From positions 310,001 through 351,120 of the forward strand of contig JAXLNO010000511.1 in assembly GCA_038087875.1 (NCBI GenBank): DNA of 41,120 nt, given 5' to 3'. The position numbers and the translations under genes were made by a program. How positions within the stretch are numbered: the stretch's first letter is position 1; every line of letters begins with the position of its first letter. Below, one piece after another: positions 1 to 11,400 of the stretch. Below the pieces are notes generated by a model, which saw only the letters and a program-made list of their open reading frames with translations, searched no databases and was not told where the DNA came from. The DNA is from Malacoraja senta (lineage: Eukaryota).

Positions 1-2723
1 TTTGCATGCTGGATTTTCGTCGCATTTCGCATGCTGAATTTGTGTAGCTTTTCGCCTGCTGAAATTTCGTCACATTTTGTGTGCTGAATTTTCGTCGCTT
101 TTCGCTTCCTGAAGGTTCGTCACTTTTCACGTGCTGAAAATTAGTCACTTTATGTGTCCTGATGTTTCGTGGCTTTTCGCGTCCTGAATTTAAGTCACTT
201 TTCATGTGCTGAATGTTTGTCGCTTTACTTGTGCTGAATTTTTGTCGCTTTTCGCATGCTGAATTTTCGTCGCTTTTCCCCAGCTTCATTTTCAGCACTT
301 TTCGCTTTCTGAAGATTCATAGGTTTTTGCATGCAGAATTTTTGTCGCTTTTCGCATGCTGAATTTTCGTCACATTTCGCGTGCTGAATTTTTGTCACTT
401 TTCATGTTCTGAAATGTCGTCTCTTTTCGCGTGCTGAATTTCCGTTGCTTTTCGCGTGCTGAATTTTTGTTGCTTTTCGCAGGCTGAATTTCCGTTGCTT
501 TTCATGTGCTGAAATTTTGTGGCCTTTCACATCCTGAAATGTCATCGCTTTATGCGTCGTGATGTTTCATCACTTTTCGCATACTGAAGGTTCGCCGCTT
601 TTCGCATGCTGAATTTTCGTCGCTTTTCCAGTGCTTCATTTCCATTACTTTTCGCGTCCTGAAGGTTCGTCGCTTTTCGCATGCTGAATTTTCGTCGATT
701 TTCGCATGCTGAATTTTCGTCACTTTTCGCATGCTGAATGTTCATCGCTTTTCACATTCTAAAATCTCGTCACTTTTCGTGTGCTGAATTTTCAGCATTT
801 TCACGTCCTGAAGGTTCATCACTTTTGTCGTGCTGAATTTTCATTGCTTTTCGCAGGCTGACTTTTTGTCACTTTTCACGTGCTGTATTTTTGTCACTTT
901 TCGCATGCTGAATTTTCGTTGCTTTTCACGTGCTGGTTTCGTCGCTTTTGGCATGCTCAAGTTTCGTCGCTTATCGTGGCTTATCGCGACCTGAATTTAC
1001 GTCGCTTTTCGTGTGCTGAATTTTGTCGCTTTTCGCGTGCTTCATTTTCCTCACTTTTCGCATACTGGGTTCGTTGCTTTTAGCATGGTAAATTTAAGTC
1101 GCTTTTACTGTACTTCATTTTCATCGCTTTTCGCATCATGAGGGTTCGTCGCTTTTCACATGCTGAATTTTCGTCAATTTCCGCATGGTGAATTTTCGTT
1201 GCTTTTCGCGTGCTGAATTTTCGTCGCTGGCTGAATTTTCCTCACTTTTCATGTGCTGAAATTTTGTCGCTTTGCACGTGCTGAGATTTTCGTCACTTTA
1301 TGTGTCCCGATGTTTTGTTGCTTTTCGCGTCCTCAATTTACGTCGCTTTTTGTGTGCTGAATTTTTGTAGATTTTCAGATGCTGAATGTTCATCACTTTT
1401 CACGTTCTGAAATTTCGTCACTTTTCGCATGCTGAATTTTCGTCGCCTTTCGCATGCTTCATTTTCATCGCCTTTCCCGTGCATCATTTTTTATCACTAC
1501 GCTTCTTGAAGGTTCGTCGCTTTTCGCATGCTGAAGTTTCGTCGCTTTTCTCATCCTGAATTTACTTCGTTTTTATGTGCTGAATTTTCGTCGCTTTGCA
1601 TGTTCTGAAATTTCGTCACTTTCTGTGTACTGAATTTTCGTCGCTATTCGCGTGCTGAATTTTTGTCGCTTTTCGCAGGCTGAGTTTTCGTCGCTTTTTG
1701 CATACTGTATTTATTTCACTTTTCGCGACTGAATTTTTGTCGCTTTTCACGTTCTGAAATTTCGTCGCTTTTCGCAAGCTGAATTTTCGTCGCTTTTCCC
1801 ATGCTTTATTTTCATCGCTTTTCACGTCCTCAAGGTTCGTCACTTTTCGCATGCTGATGTTTCGTCACTTTTCGCTTCCTGAACTTACGTCGCTTTTCAT
1901 GTGCTGAAATTATGTCGCTTTGCACGTGGTGAAATTTTCGTCGCTTTATGTTTTGTAGATTTTCGCATGCTGAATTTTCGTCACATTTCATGTGCTGAAT
2001 TTTCTTGGCTTTTCACGTTCTCAAATTTTGTCACTTTTCGCGTGCTGAATTTTCGTCGTTTTCACATCCGGAAGATTCGTCGCTTTTCGCAGGCTGAGTT
2101 TTTGTCGCTTTTTACATGCTGTATTTTTGTCACAATTTGCATGCTGAATTTTCGTCGCCTTTCGCGGGCTTCATTTTCATCGCCTTTTGCGTGCTTCATT
2201 TTATCACTTTTCGCATCCTGAAGGTTCGTCGCTTTTCGCATGCTGAAGTTTCGTCAATTTTCGCATCCTGAATTTACGTTGCTTTTCGTGTGCTGAATTT
2301 TCATCACTTTTCACGTTCTGAAATTTCGTCACTTTTCGCATGCTGAATTTTCGTCTCTTTTCGCGTGCTGAATATTTGTCGCTTTTCGCATGCTGAATTG
2401 CCGTCGCTTTTCCCGTGATTAATTTTCGTCGCTCTTTCTGAAATATCCTTACTTTTCGCGTGCTGAATTTTCGTCGCTTTTCTCTTTCTGAATTTTCATC
2501 ACTTTTTGCAGGCTGAGTTTTCGTCGCTTTTCACGTGCTGAAGGTTCATCATCTTTGACGTGCTGAATTTTCATCGCTTTTCGCTGGCTGAATTTTCGTC
2601 GCTTTTCATGTACTGAAATTTTGTCGCTTTGCACGTGCTGAGATTTTCAGCGCTTTATGTGTCCCGATGTTTTGTTGCTTTTCGCGTCCTGAATTTACGT
2701 CGCTTTTTGTGTGCTGAATTTTC

Positions 2724-3313
2724 CTGCATATGGGGGGCCTGGGCGACCGACGGCCATCCTAAAGGAGATGGTGGCTCTACTAGACGGGCACACGCCGTGC
2801 CTGTTGTTTGAGTATACCTACCTGCATCTGCTGCCGGCCTACATTCGGTTGCAGCTCACCGATGTCTCGTTTGCCGACCTTCGGGCCGTCGGGAGGTGCG
2901 CCGACGCCCTGTGGATGGCGCGCCCTGATGACGTCAGCGCGCTGGGCGTCAGCCGAGACGGGGTCGCGCTGAGGTCGACGCGCCCTGATGACGTCAACGC
3001 GCTGGCCGTCAGCAGGCACGCCGATGACGTCACCCCAGCAGCTCCCGATTTCCTCCGGTGGGGCGGGGGAGCGGTGGAAGGTGTGACAGCTCCAGCCCGA
3101 CGGCCCGTACGATCACCCCCAGCGGCAGTTAGGCGTACTGCACCTGCAGTCCAGCGTCAGCAGGCTGCAGGCACCACCAGCAGGAGCAGGCGAGCTCCAA
3201 GTAGCACCAACACGAGGAACTGGTGCTACTACCATCAGCTCTGGGGTGCTGCAGCACGACAATGCCGCCAGCCGTGCATGTTCCCGGGAAACCCCTGGGC
3301 CGGCTGCCAATAG
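2724..3313 (+). pseudogene. gag: gag C-terminal remnant of Gypsy element
   Basis: LHMGGLGDRRPS motif at 2724 (out of frame with the rest); Cys/His motif [18 protein letters not shown] near the end; stop at 3311-3313. The N-terminus of the ORF-track call (2711) is satellite. Confidence 0.8.
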
Positions 3314-5379
3314 TCCCCGCGGCGGCCGGCCAAATTCACCGCCTTTTCGCCTGGGATCGGCGCTCCCGGACTGGCTTCCTCGTGGATACTGGAGCGGAGC
3401 TCAGCGTCCTGCCCCCTTCGCTGGCCGACATTCGTTCCGGTAAGCAGGGGCCCGTCCTTACCGCGGCGAACGGCAGCCCCATCCGCACATATGGACTGCG
3501 CATTGTTCCCATCGTGCTCGGCTCCTGTCATTTCTCGTGGCGGTTCACTATCGCTGATGTCTCCCAACCATTGCTCGGGGCCGATTTCCTCCGGGCGCAT
3601 TCCCTCATGGTGGACGTCGGGCGTCAGCGTTTGATCAACGCCACTACGATGGAGCCGATCACGTTGCGTGTGGATCAACCGGTGGGACGGCCACTGGCGT
3701 CCGTGGACTCCCGATTCGCACGGATCTTGGCTGCGTTCCCGGACATTCTCCATGCGCAGTTTCAATCAGCAACCCCCAGCCACGGGGTGTTACATTATAT
3801 CCCGACTACCGGCCCACCACTCCATGCACGAGTACGGCGACTGCCGCCAGATAAACTGTGTCTGGCACGGCGGGAATTCCGCACGATGGAGGCCTTAGGG
3901 ATCGTCCGCCCTTCGAGCAGCCCTTGGGTGTCCCCACTCCACATGGTCCCCAAGTCAAGCGGGGGCTGGCGACCTTGTGGGGATTACCGACGGCTGAACG
4001 CTGCAACAACAGCGGATCGATACCCCGTACCCCACATCCAGGACTTCACGGCCCATTTGGCTGGGGCCACAATATTTTCCAAAGGGGATCTGGTACGGGG
4101 TTATAATCAGATCCCGGTTCACCCGGATGACGTGCCGAAGACGGCGATCATCACGCCATTCGGGCTTTACGAGTTTACTCGGATGCCGTTCGGCCTCAAA
4201 AACGCTGCACAGGCCTTTCAGCGCCTCATGGACGGGGTTTGTCGCGGCCTCGATTTCGTGTTCGTGTACCTGGACGACATCCTGGTGGCCAGCCGCTCGC
4301 AACAGGAACACTGCGCTCACTTTCGGCAGCTCTGTCAGCGCCTCAGCGAGCATGGTTTGGCCATCAACCTGGACAAGTGCCGTTTTGGGGTGAGCGAAAT
4401 TGACTTCCTCGGCCACCGCGTGACTGCGCAAGGCGCGGTTCCCATGCCTGACAGGGTCGACGCCATCCGTCGGTTTCCCCGCCCACGCACGATGCGTGGC
4501 CTGCAGGAATTTGTTGGCATGGTGGCATTTTACCATCGTTTCGTGCCATCCGCGGCCCACATCATGCGGCCCCTGTATCAACTTCTGGCGGGTGGGCAGC
4601 ACGAGAGCGTGGAGTGGACCCACGAGGCGGAGGCAGCTTTTGACGGCGCGAAGGAGGCCCTTGCTCGGGCCGTACTGCTGGTACACCCGCGGGCAGATGC
4701 CCCGACTGCTCTCACGGTGGACGCCTCGGAGTCGGCTGTTGGTGCTGTGCTGGAGCAGCTGACGGGCGGAGGTTGGCGGCCCCTGGCCTTCTTCAGTCGG
4801 CACCTCAACCGTGCGCAGACCAAGCACAGCGCGTTCGATCGTGAGCTCCTGGCTCTGTACCTGGCTGTGCGCCATTTTCGCTACTTCTTGGAGGGCCGCC
4901 CGTTCACCGACTACACCGACCACAAGCCGCTCACTTTCGCCCTGCAGAAGGTTTCCGATCCCTGGTCCGCACGACAGCAGCGGCAATTGGCCTACATATC
5001 GGAGTACACGACATCTATCTGCTACATCAAGGGAAAAGAGAACCGGGTGGCCGACGCATTGTCCCGGCCCGTTATCAACGCCGTGTTCGAGGATGCGCCC
5101 GGAATGGACTATTCTGCTCTGGCGGCGGCACAGCTCACGGACGATGAGGTGCCCGCCTACCGGACTGCAATCTCCGGCCTCCGCCTTGAGGATGTCCCTC
5201 TCGGTCCTGGGGGAGTGACAATCCTGTGCGATGTGTCGTCCGGTCAGCCGCGCCCCATCGTCCCTGCCACCTGGCGCCGGAGGGTGTTCGAGGTGATCCA
5301 CGGACTGTCTCACCCATCAATCCGGGCGACAACGGCACTAGTGGCCGCTCGTTTCATGTGGCACGGTCTGCGCAAGTAG
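3223..5379 (+). CDS. pol: Gypsy pol polyprotein: aspartic protease, reverse transcriptase, RNase H, integrase N-terminus; ends at a premature stop
   Basis: [10 protein letters not shown] (protease), RMPFGLKNA and YLDDILV (RT), [14 protein letters not shown] / RELLAL / TDHKPL (RNase H), HGLSHP (IN zinc finger). Real entry is probably via frameshift at ~3290. TAG at 5377-5379 interrupts the HHCC motif. Confidence 0.92.
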   Translation: MLLPSALGCCSTTMPPAVHVPGKPLGRLPIVPAAAGQIHRLFAWDRRSRTGFLVDTGAELSVLPPSLADIRSGKQGPVLTAANGSPIRTYGLRIVPIVLGSCHFSWRFTIADVSQPLLGADFLRAHSLMVDVGRQRLINATTMEPITLRVDQPVGRPLASVDSRFARILAAFPDILHAQFQSATPSHGVLHYIPTTGPPLHARVRRLPPDKLCLARREFRTMEALGIVRPSSSPWVSPLHMVPKSSGGWRPCGDYRRLNAATTADRYPVPHIQDFTAHLAGATIFSKGDLVRGYNQIPVHPDDVPKTAIITPFGLYEFTRMPFGLKNAAQAFQRLMDGVCRGLDFVFVYLDDILVASRSQQEHCAHFRQLCQRLSEHGLAINLDKCRFGVSEIDFLGHRVTAQGAVPMPDRVDAIRRFPRPRTMRGLQEFVGMVAFYHRFVPSAAHIMRPLYQLLAGGQHESVEWTHEAEAAFDGAKEALARAVLLVHPRADAPTALTVDASESAVGAVLEQLTGGGWRPLAFFSRHLNRAQTKHSAFDRELLALYLAVRHFRYFLEGRPFTDYTDHKPLTFALQKVSDPWSARQQRQLAYISEYTTSICYIKGKENRVADALSRPVINAVFEDAPGMDYSALAAAQLTDDEVPAYRTAISGLRLEDVPLGPGGVTILCDVSSGQPRPIVPATWRRRVFEVIHGLSHPSIRATTALVAARFMWHGLRK
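3286..3331 (+). promoter_or_regulatory. gag-pol -1 programmed ribosomal frameshift signal (G_GGA_AAC plus stem-loop)
   Basis: Heptamer GGGAAAC 3286-3292 correctly phased in gag; pol is in the -1 frame; 5-nt spacer, then an 11-bp stem 3298-3308/3321-3331 with one G-U pair. Confidence 0.8.
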
Positions 5380-6410
5380 GTTGGCCATTGGGCTCGCACC
5401 TGCATTCCGTGCCAGACGGCAATAATCCAGCGCCATGTCCGTGCGCCTCTCCAGGAGTTTGGTCTACCTCACCGGCGGTTCGACCATCTCCACATAGAAA
5501 TCGTAGGCCCTCTCCCGCCATCCCGGGGTATCACCCACCTTCTGACAATGGTGGACCGCTTCACGCGGTGGCCGGAGGCCATTCCGTTGACCGATACTTC
5601 AACGGTTACGTGTGCTCGTGCGTTGTCCGCGCACTGGATTGCTCGCTTCGGGGTGCCAGACCGGGGTCCACAGTTCACCTCCGAGCTGTGGTCAGCCATG
5701 GCCCACTTGCTGGGGGTGCTGCTACACCACACCACGGCTTCCCACCCGCAAGCTAACGGTCTGGTGGAGAGATTCCACCGGCAGCTGAAGGCAGCAGTGA
5801 AGGCATGACTCTCCGGCCCAGACTGGATGGACGAGTTGCCGTGGGTGATGCTGGGCATCCGGACCGCTCCCAAAGAGGACTTGGCCTCATCATCGGCGGA
5901 GCTCGTTTACGGGTCGCCACTCACGGTGCCCGGGGAGTTCGTGCCGTCAATCCGGGGCAGCAGGGAACGCCCTCACCCACCCTAAAGCGCCTTCGCGAGC
6001 AGGTTGGCAGGCTCGCACCCATCCCGACGTCCCGCCATGGGACATTTCGCCCACACGTGCCATCAGCCCTCAGTCTTCCTGCGCCGTGATGCCCACCGGA
6101 CGCCACTCCAGAGGCCGTACGAGGGCCGTTCCGAGTGCTGGAACACGGGCAGTCGACTTTTCTCCTGGACATGGGGGGCCAGCCGGAGGCAGTGTCGATT
6201 GACCGTTTGAAGCCGGCACACCTGGACATTGACCAGCCGGTGCTGGTTGCCCAACCTCGGCCTCGAGGGCGCCCCCCTTCACGGCTCCCTCCGCCTGTCA
6301 CTCCACCTGTCCTCCCGCCGATCCCTCGTCCTGTCCCTCCACCTATGCCTCCGCAAGCCCCACGAGCGGCTAACTTCCGCTACAATGTCCGCCGGTGCGT
6401 TTCGTGCCTC
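5380..6410 (+). pseudogene. Integrase core and C-terminal domain remnant
   Basis: In frame after the stop: CIPCQ, HIEIVGP (first catalytic D apparently changed to E), VDRFTRWPEAIP, FGVPDRGPQF (short deletion), HPQANGLVERFH. TGA at 5806-5808 and later frameshifts; PLQRPYEG (GPY/F-type) and VSIDRLKPA motifs. Confidence 0.9.
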
Positions 6411-6427
6411 TGGTTCTGGGGGGATCC

Positions 6428-6641
6428 TGTGGCGGCTCCCAAGGGTCGTGCCATCATAGTGTCGAACCCCTCGGCACAGGAGTGGTTCAGTCCGGAGGCG
6501 GCCCTTAGCCGGAGACTTTAAAGGCAGGGGTTTGGGTGCCATATTCCTCTCGTTTGGTCTTCCCTAGAACTGGGAGGAACATAATAGAAAGTGCTTCTCG
6601 AAATACGTCTTCGTGCTTCATTCCGAGACCCACTCACTACA
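6428..6641 (+). repeat. 3' LTR (214 bp), preceded by a short polypurine tract GGGGGGA at 6418-6424
   Basis: Starts TGTGGCG and ends CACTACA (imperfect terminal inverted repeat, TG...CA); TTTAAA TATA-like site at ~6517. No second LTR in the window to confirm the 5' boundary. Confidence 0.75.
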
Positions 6642-7260
6642 ATGTGCTGAATTTTCGTCACTTTTCATGTTCTGAAATTTCGTCAATTTCCATGTACTGA
6701 ATTTTCGTCGCTTTTCGCGTGCTGAATTTTTGTCGCTTTTCGCAGGCTGAGTTTTCGTCGCTTTTTGCATACTGTATTTTTTTCACTTTTCACGACTGAA
6801 TTTTCGTCGCTTGTCTCGTTCTGAAATTTCGTCACTTTTCGCTTGCTGAATTTTCGTCCCTTTTCGTCCTGAAGTTTCGTCGCTTTCCGCATGCTGAAGT
6901 TTCGTCACTTTTCGCATGCTGAATTTTCGTCGCTTTTCATGTTCTGAAATTTTGTCACTTTTCACGTGCTGAATTTTCGTCGCTTTTCGCATGCTGAATT
7001 GTCGTCGCTTTTCCCGTGCTTAATTTTCATTGCTTTTCACGTCCTGAAGGTTCGTTACTTTTCGCGTGCTGAATTTTATTTGCTTTTTGCGTGCCGAATT
7101 TTTGTCGCTTTTCTCAGGCTGAGATTTCGTCGCTTTTCACGTGCTGTAGTTTCGTCACTTTTCGCATGCTGAATATTCTTCGCTTTTCGCGTGCTGAATT
7201 TTTGTCGCTTTTCGCAAGCTGAATTTTCATTGCTTTTCCCGTGCTTCATTTTCATTTCTT

Positions 7261-7451
7261 TTTATGTTCTCACCACCGCTCCTTCTCCTGCAACGGTCCC
7301 TGGTCGTCTGTAAAGCAATGCCCCGCGCTGTTTATGTTCTCACCACCCGGACGCCACTCCTCCTCCTGCAACGGTCCCTGGGCCTCTGGAAAGCAAAGCC
7401 CCGCGCCGTTTATGTTCTCACCGCTCCTCCTCCTGCAATGGTCCCTGGGCC
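7261..7451. repeat. Foreign ~70-78 bp minisatellite, ~2.6 copies
   Basis: TTTATGTTCTCACC at 7261, 7331 and 7409, each followed by CTCCTGCAAYGGTCCCTGG; unrelated to the 25-mer. Confidence 0.85.
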
Positions 7452-8499
7452 TCGTCGCTTTTCGCATGCTGAATTTTTGTCGCTTTTCACGTTCCGAAAT
7501 TTCGTCGCTTTTCTCAAGCTGAGTTTTCGTCGCTTTTCCCATGCTTTATTTTCATCGATTTTTGCGTCCTCAAGGTTCGTCACTTTACGCAGGCTGAAGT
7601 TTCGTCACTTTTCGCTTCCTGAACTTACGTCGCTTTTCATGTGCTGAAATTATGTCGCTTTGCACGTGCTGAAATTTTCGTCGCTTTATGTTTTGTAGAT
7701 TTTCGCATGCTGAATTTTCGTCACATTTCACGTGCTGAATTTTCTTGGCTTTTCACGTTCCGAAATTTTGTCACTTTTCGCGTGCTGAATTTTCACATCC
7801 TGAAGATTCGTCGCATTTCGCCAGCTGAATTGTCCTCACTTTTCACGTGCTGATTTTTTGTCGCTTTTCACAGGCTGAGTTTTTGTCGCTTTTTACGTGC
7901 TGTATTTTTGTCACAATTTGCATGCTGAATTTTCGTCGCCTTTCGCATGCTTCATTTTCATCGTCCTGAAGGGTCGTCACTTTTCGCATGCTGAAGTTTC
8001 GTCAATTTTCGCGTCCTGAATTTACGTTGCTTTTCGTGTGCTGAATTTTCGTCACTTTTCACGTTCTGAAATTTCGTCACTTTTCGCATGCTGAATTTTC
8101 GTCGCTTTTCGCGTGATGAATTTCGTCATTTTCTTTGCTTTTCACATCCTGAAGGTTTGTCACTTTTCGCCTGCTGAATTTTCAGTGCTTTTTGCAGGCG
8201 GCATTTTCGTCGCTTTTCACGTGCTGAATTTTCATCACTTTTCTTGTCCTGAAGGTACGTCGCTTTTCGCATGCTGAATTTTCCTCGCTTTTCGCGTGCT
8301 GAATTTTTGTCATTTTCGTCATTTTGCATACTTCATTTTCATCGCTTTTTGCAAGTGGAATTTTCTTCACTTTTCACATGCTGAATTTTCATCGCTTTTC
8401 TTGTCCTGAAGGTACGTTGCTTTTCTCGTGCTTCATTTTCATCACTTTTCACATCCTGAATTTTTTTCGCTATTCGCATGCTGAATTTTCGTCGCTTTT

Positions 8500-11400
8500 C
8501 ACGTCCTGAAGGTTCGTAGCTTTATGCCTGCTGAATTTTCGTCGAATTTCGTGTCCTGAAAATTTATGAATTTTCGCCACTTATCGCATGCTGAATTTTT
8601 GTCGCTTTTCATGTCCTGAAATGTCTTCACATTTCGCGTACTGAATTTCCGTCACTTTTCGCAAGCAGAATTTTCGTCGCTTTTCATTTGCTGAAGTTGT
8701 CGCATTTCTCGTGCAGAGATTTTCGTCGCTTTGTGTCCATATGTTTTGTTGCTTTTCGCTTGCTGGATTTACGTCACTTTTCGTGTGCTGAATTTTTATC
8801 ACTTTTCGAGTGCTGAATCTTTGTCACTTTTCGCATGCTGAATTTTCGTCGCTTTTCGCGCGCTGAATTTTCGTCGCTTTTCACGTTCTCAAATTTCATC
8901 ACTTTTCTCGTGCTGAATTTTCGTTGCTTTTTACGTCCTGAAAGTGTGTCGCTTTTCGTGTCCTGATGTTTCATCGCTTTTCGCATCCTGAAATTACGTC
9001 GCTTTTCGCATGCTGAGTTTTCGTCGCTTTTCACATGCTGAATTTTCATTCCTTTTCGCGTGCTGAATTTCGTCATTTTCGCGTGCTTAATTTTCTTCTC
9101 TTTTCACATCCTGAAGGTTTGTCACTTTTCGCCTGCTGAAATTTCAGCGCTTTTTGCAGGCGGCATTTTCGTTGCTTTTCACGTGATGAATTTTCATCAC
9201 TTTTCTTGTCTTGAAGTTACGTCGCTTTTCACATGCTGAATTTTCCTCACTTTTCGCGTGCTTAATTTTTGTCACTCGCATGCTGAATTTTTGTCGCTTT
9301 TCGCGAGCTGAATTTTCGGCGCTTTTCATGTTCTCAAATTTCATCTCTTTCGCATGTTGAATTTTCATCGCTTTTCGCATCCTGAAGGTTCGTCGTTTTT
9401 CACCTGCTGAACTTTTGTCAGTTTTCACGTGCTGAATTTTTGTTCGGTTTTCACGTCCTGAAGGTGTGTCGCTTTTCGCCTGCTGAATTTTTGTCGCTTT
9501 TCACGTGCTGCATATTTGTAGCTTTTCGTATGCTGGATTTCCGTACAATTCCACGTGCATCATTTTCGTCACATTTCGCGTACTTCATTTTTACCGCTTT
9601 TTGCAAGTGGAATTTTCGTCACTTTTCACGTGCTGAATTTTCATCGCTTTTCTTATCCTGAAGGTACGTCGCTTTTCTCGTGCTTCATTTTCATCACTTT
9701 TCACATCTTGAATTTTTTTCGCTATTCGCATGCTGAATTTTCTTCGCTTTTCGCGTGCTTCATTTTCTTCACTTTTCGCAACATGAATGTTCGTCGCTTT
9801 CGCATGCAGAATTTTCGGCGCTTTTTGCGTGTTGAATTTTCGTCACTTTTCACGTTCTGAAATTTTGTCACTTTTCCCATGTGGAATTTTCGTAACTTTT
9901 CGCGTCCTGAAGGTGCATCACTTTTCTCGTGCTGAATTTTCGTCACTTTTCGCGTGCAGAATTTTCGCGCGATGAATTATCGTCGATTTTCATGTTTCAT
10001 GAATTTTCGTCGGTTTTTGCATGCTGAATTTTCACCGAATTTTCACCGCATTCACCGCTGAAATGTCATCAATTTTCACGACCTGAAATTTTGTCGCTTT
10101 ATGCGACCTGAGGTTTTGTCGCTTTTCACGTCTTGAATTTTCGTCGCTTTTCCCGTGCTTCACTTTCATCACTTTTCGCGTCATGAAGGTTTGTCGCTTT
10201 TTGCATGCTGAGTTTTTGTCGATTTTCGCATGCTGAATTTTCGTAACTTTACATGTGCTGAAATTTTGTCGCTTTTCACGTGCTGAGATTTCCGTCGCTT
10301 TATGTGTCCTGATGTTTTGGTGCTTTTCATGTGCTGGATTTACGTCATTTTTCGTGTGCTTACTTTTCATCGCTTTTCTCGTGCTGAATTTTTGTCACTT
10401 TCGCGTGCTGAATTTTCGTCGCTTTTCACGCACTGAATTATCATCGTTTTTCATGTTCTAATATTTCATCTCTTTTCGCATGTTGAATTTTCGTCGCTTT
10501 TCGTGTCCTGAAGGTTCGTCGCTTTTCGCCTGCTGAATGTTTGTCAGTTTACGCGAGCTGAATTTTCGTCGCTTTTCACGTCCTGAAGGTGTGTCGCTTT
10601 TCACCTGCTGAATTTTTGTCACTTTTCACGTCCTGAATTTTTGTAGCTTTTCGCATGCTGGATTTTCATACAATTCCACGTGCTTCACTTTCGTCACATT
10701 TTGCGTTCTTCATTTTCATCGCTTTTTGCAGTTGGAATTTTCGTCGCTTTTCACGTACTGAATTTTCATCGCTTTTCGTGTCCTGAAGGTTCGTCGCTTT
10801 TCGCATGCTGAATTTTCGTCGCTTTTCGCGTGCTGAATTTTGTAGCTTTTCGCATGCTGAATTTTCGACGCCTTTCGCATGCTTCATTTTCATCGTCCTG
10901 AAGGGTCGTCACTTTTCGCATGCTGAAGTTTCGTCAATTTTCGCGTCCTGAATTTACGTCGCTTTTCGTGTGCTGAATTTTCGTCACTTTTCACGTTCTG
11001 AAATTTCGTCACTTTTTGCATGCTGAATTTTCCTCGCTTTTCGCATGCTGAATTTTTGTCATTTTCGTCATTTCGCATACTTCATTTTCATCGCTTTTTG
11101 CAAGTGGAATTTTCGTCACTTTTCACATGCTGAATTTTCATCGCTTTTCTTGTCCTGAAGGTACGTTGCTTTTCTCGTGCTTCATTTTCATCACTTTTCC
11201 CATCCTGAATTTTTTCCGCTATTCCCATGCTGAAATTTCGTCGTTTTTCGCGTGCTGAATTTTTGTAGCTTTTCGCATGCTGAATTGTCATCGCTTTTCG
11301 CGTGCTGAATTTTCGTCACTTTTTGTGTGCTGAGTTTTCGTCACTTTTCGCTTCCTGAAGGTTTGTCACTTTTCACGTGCTGAAAATTAGTCGCTTTATG

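Larger units (their letters stand above)
2724..6641 (+). mobile_element. Ty3/Gypsy LTR retrotransposon, 5'-deleted (no 5' LTR/PBS), decayed
   Basis: Abrupt GC-rich block; domain order gag-PR-RT-RNaseH-IN (Gypsy order); G-run PPT followed by a TG...CA terminal segment; satellite resumes at 6642. Confidence 0.95.

Noticed and set aside
3955..5313. 452-aa antisense ORF over pol
   Set aside because: Codon-aligned mirror of a GC-rich coding frame, where antisense stops are naturally rare; no recognisable motifs.
6135..6521. 128-aa ORF as env or an extra gene
   Set aside because: It is the frameshifted integrase C-terminus running into the LTR; no signal peptide or transmembrane segment.
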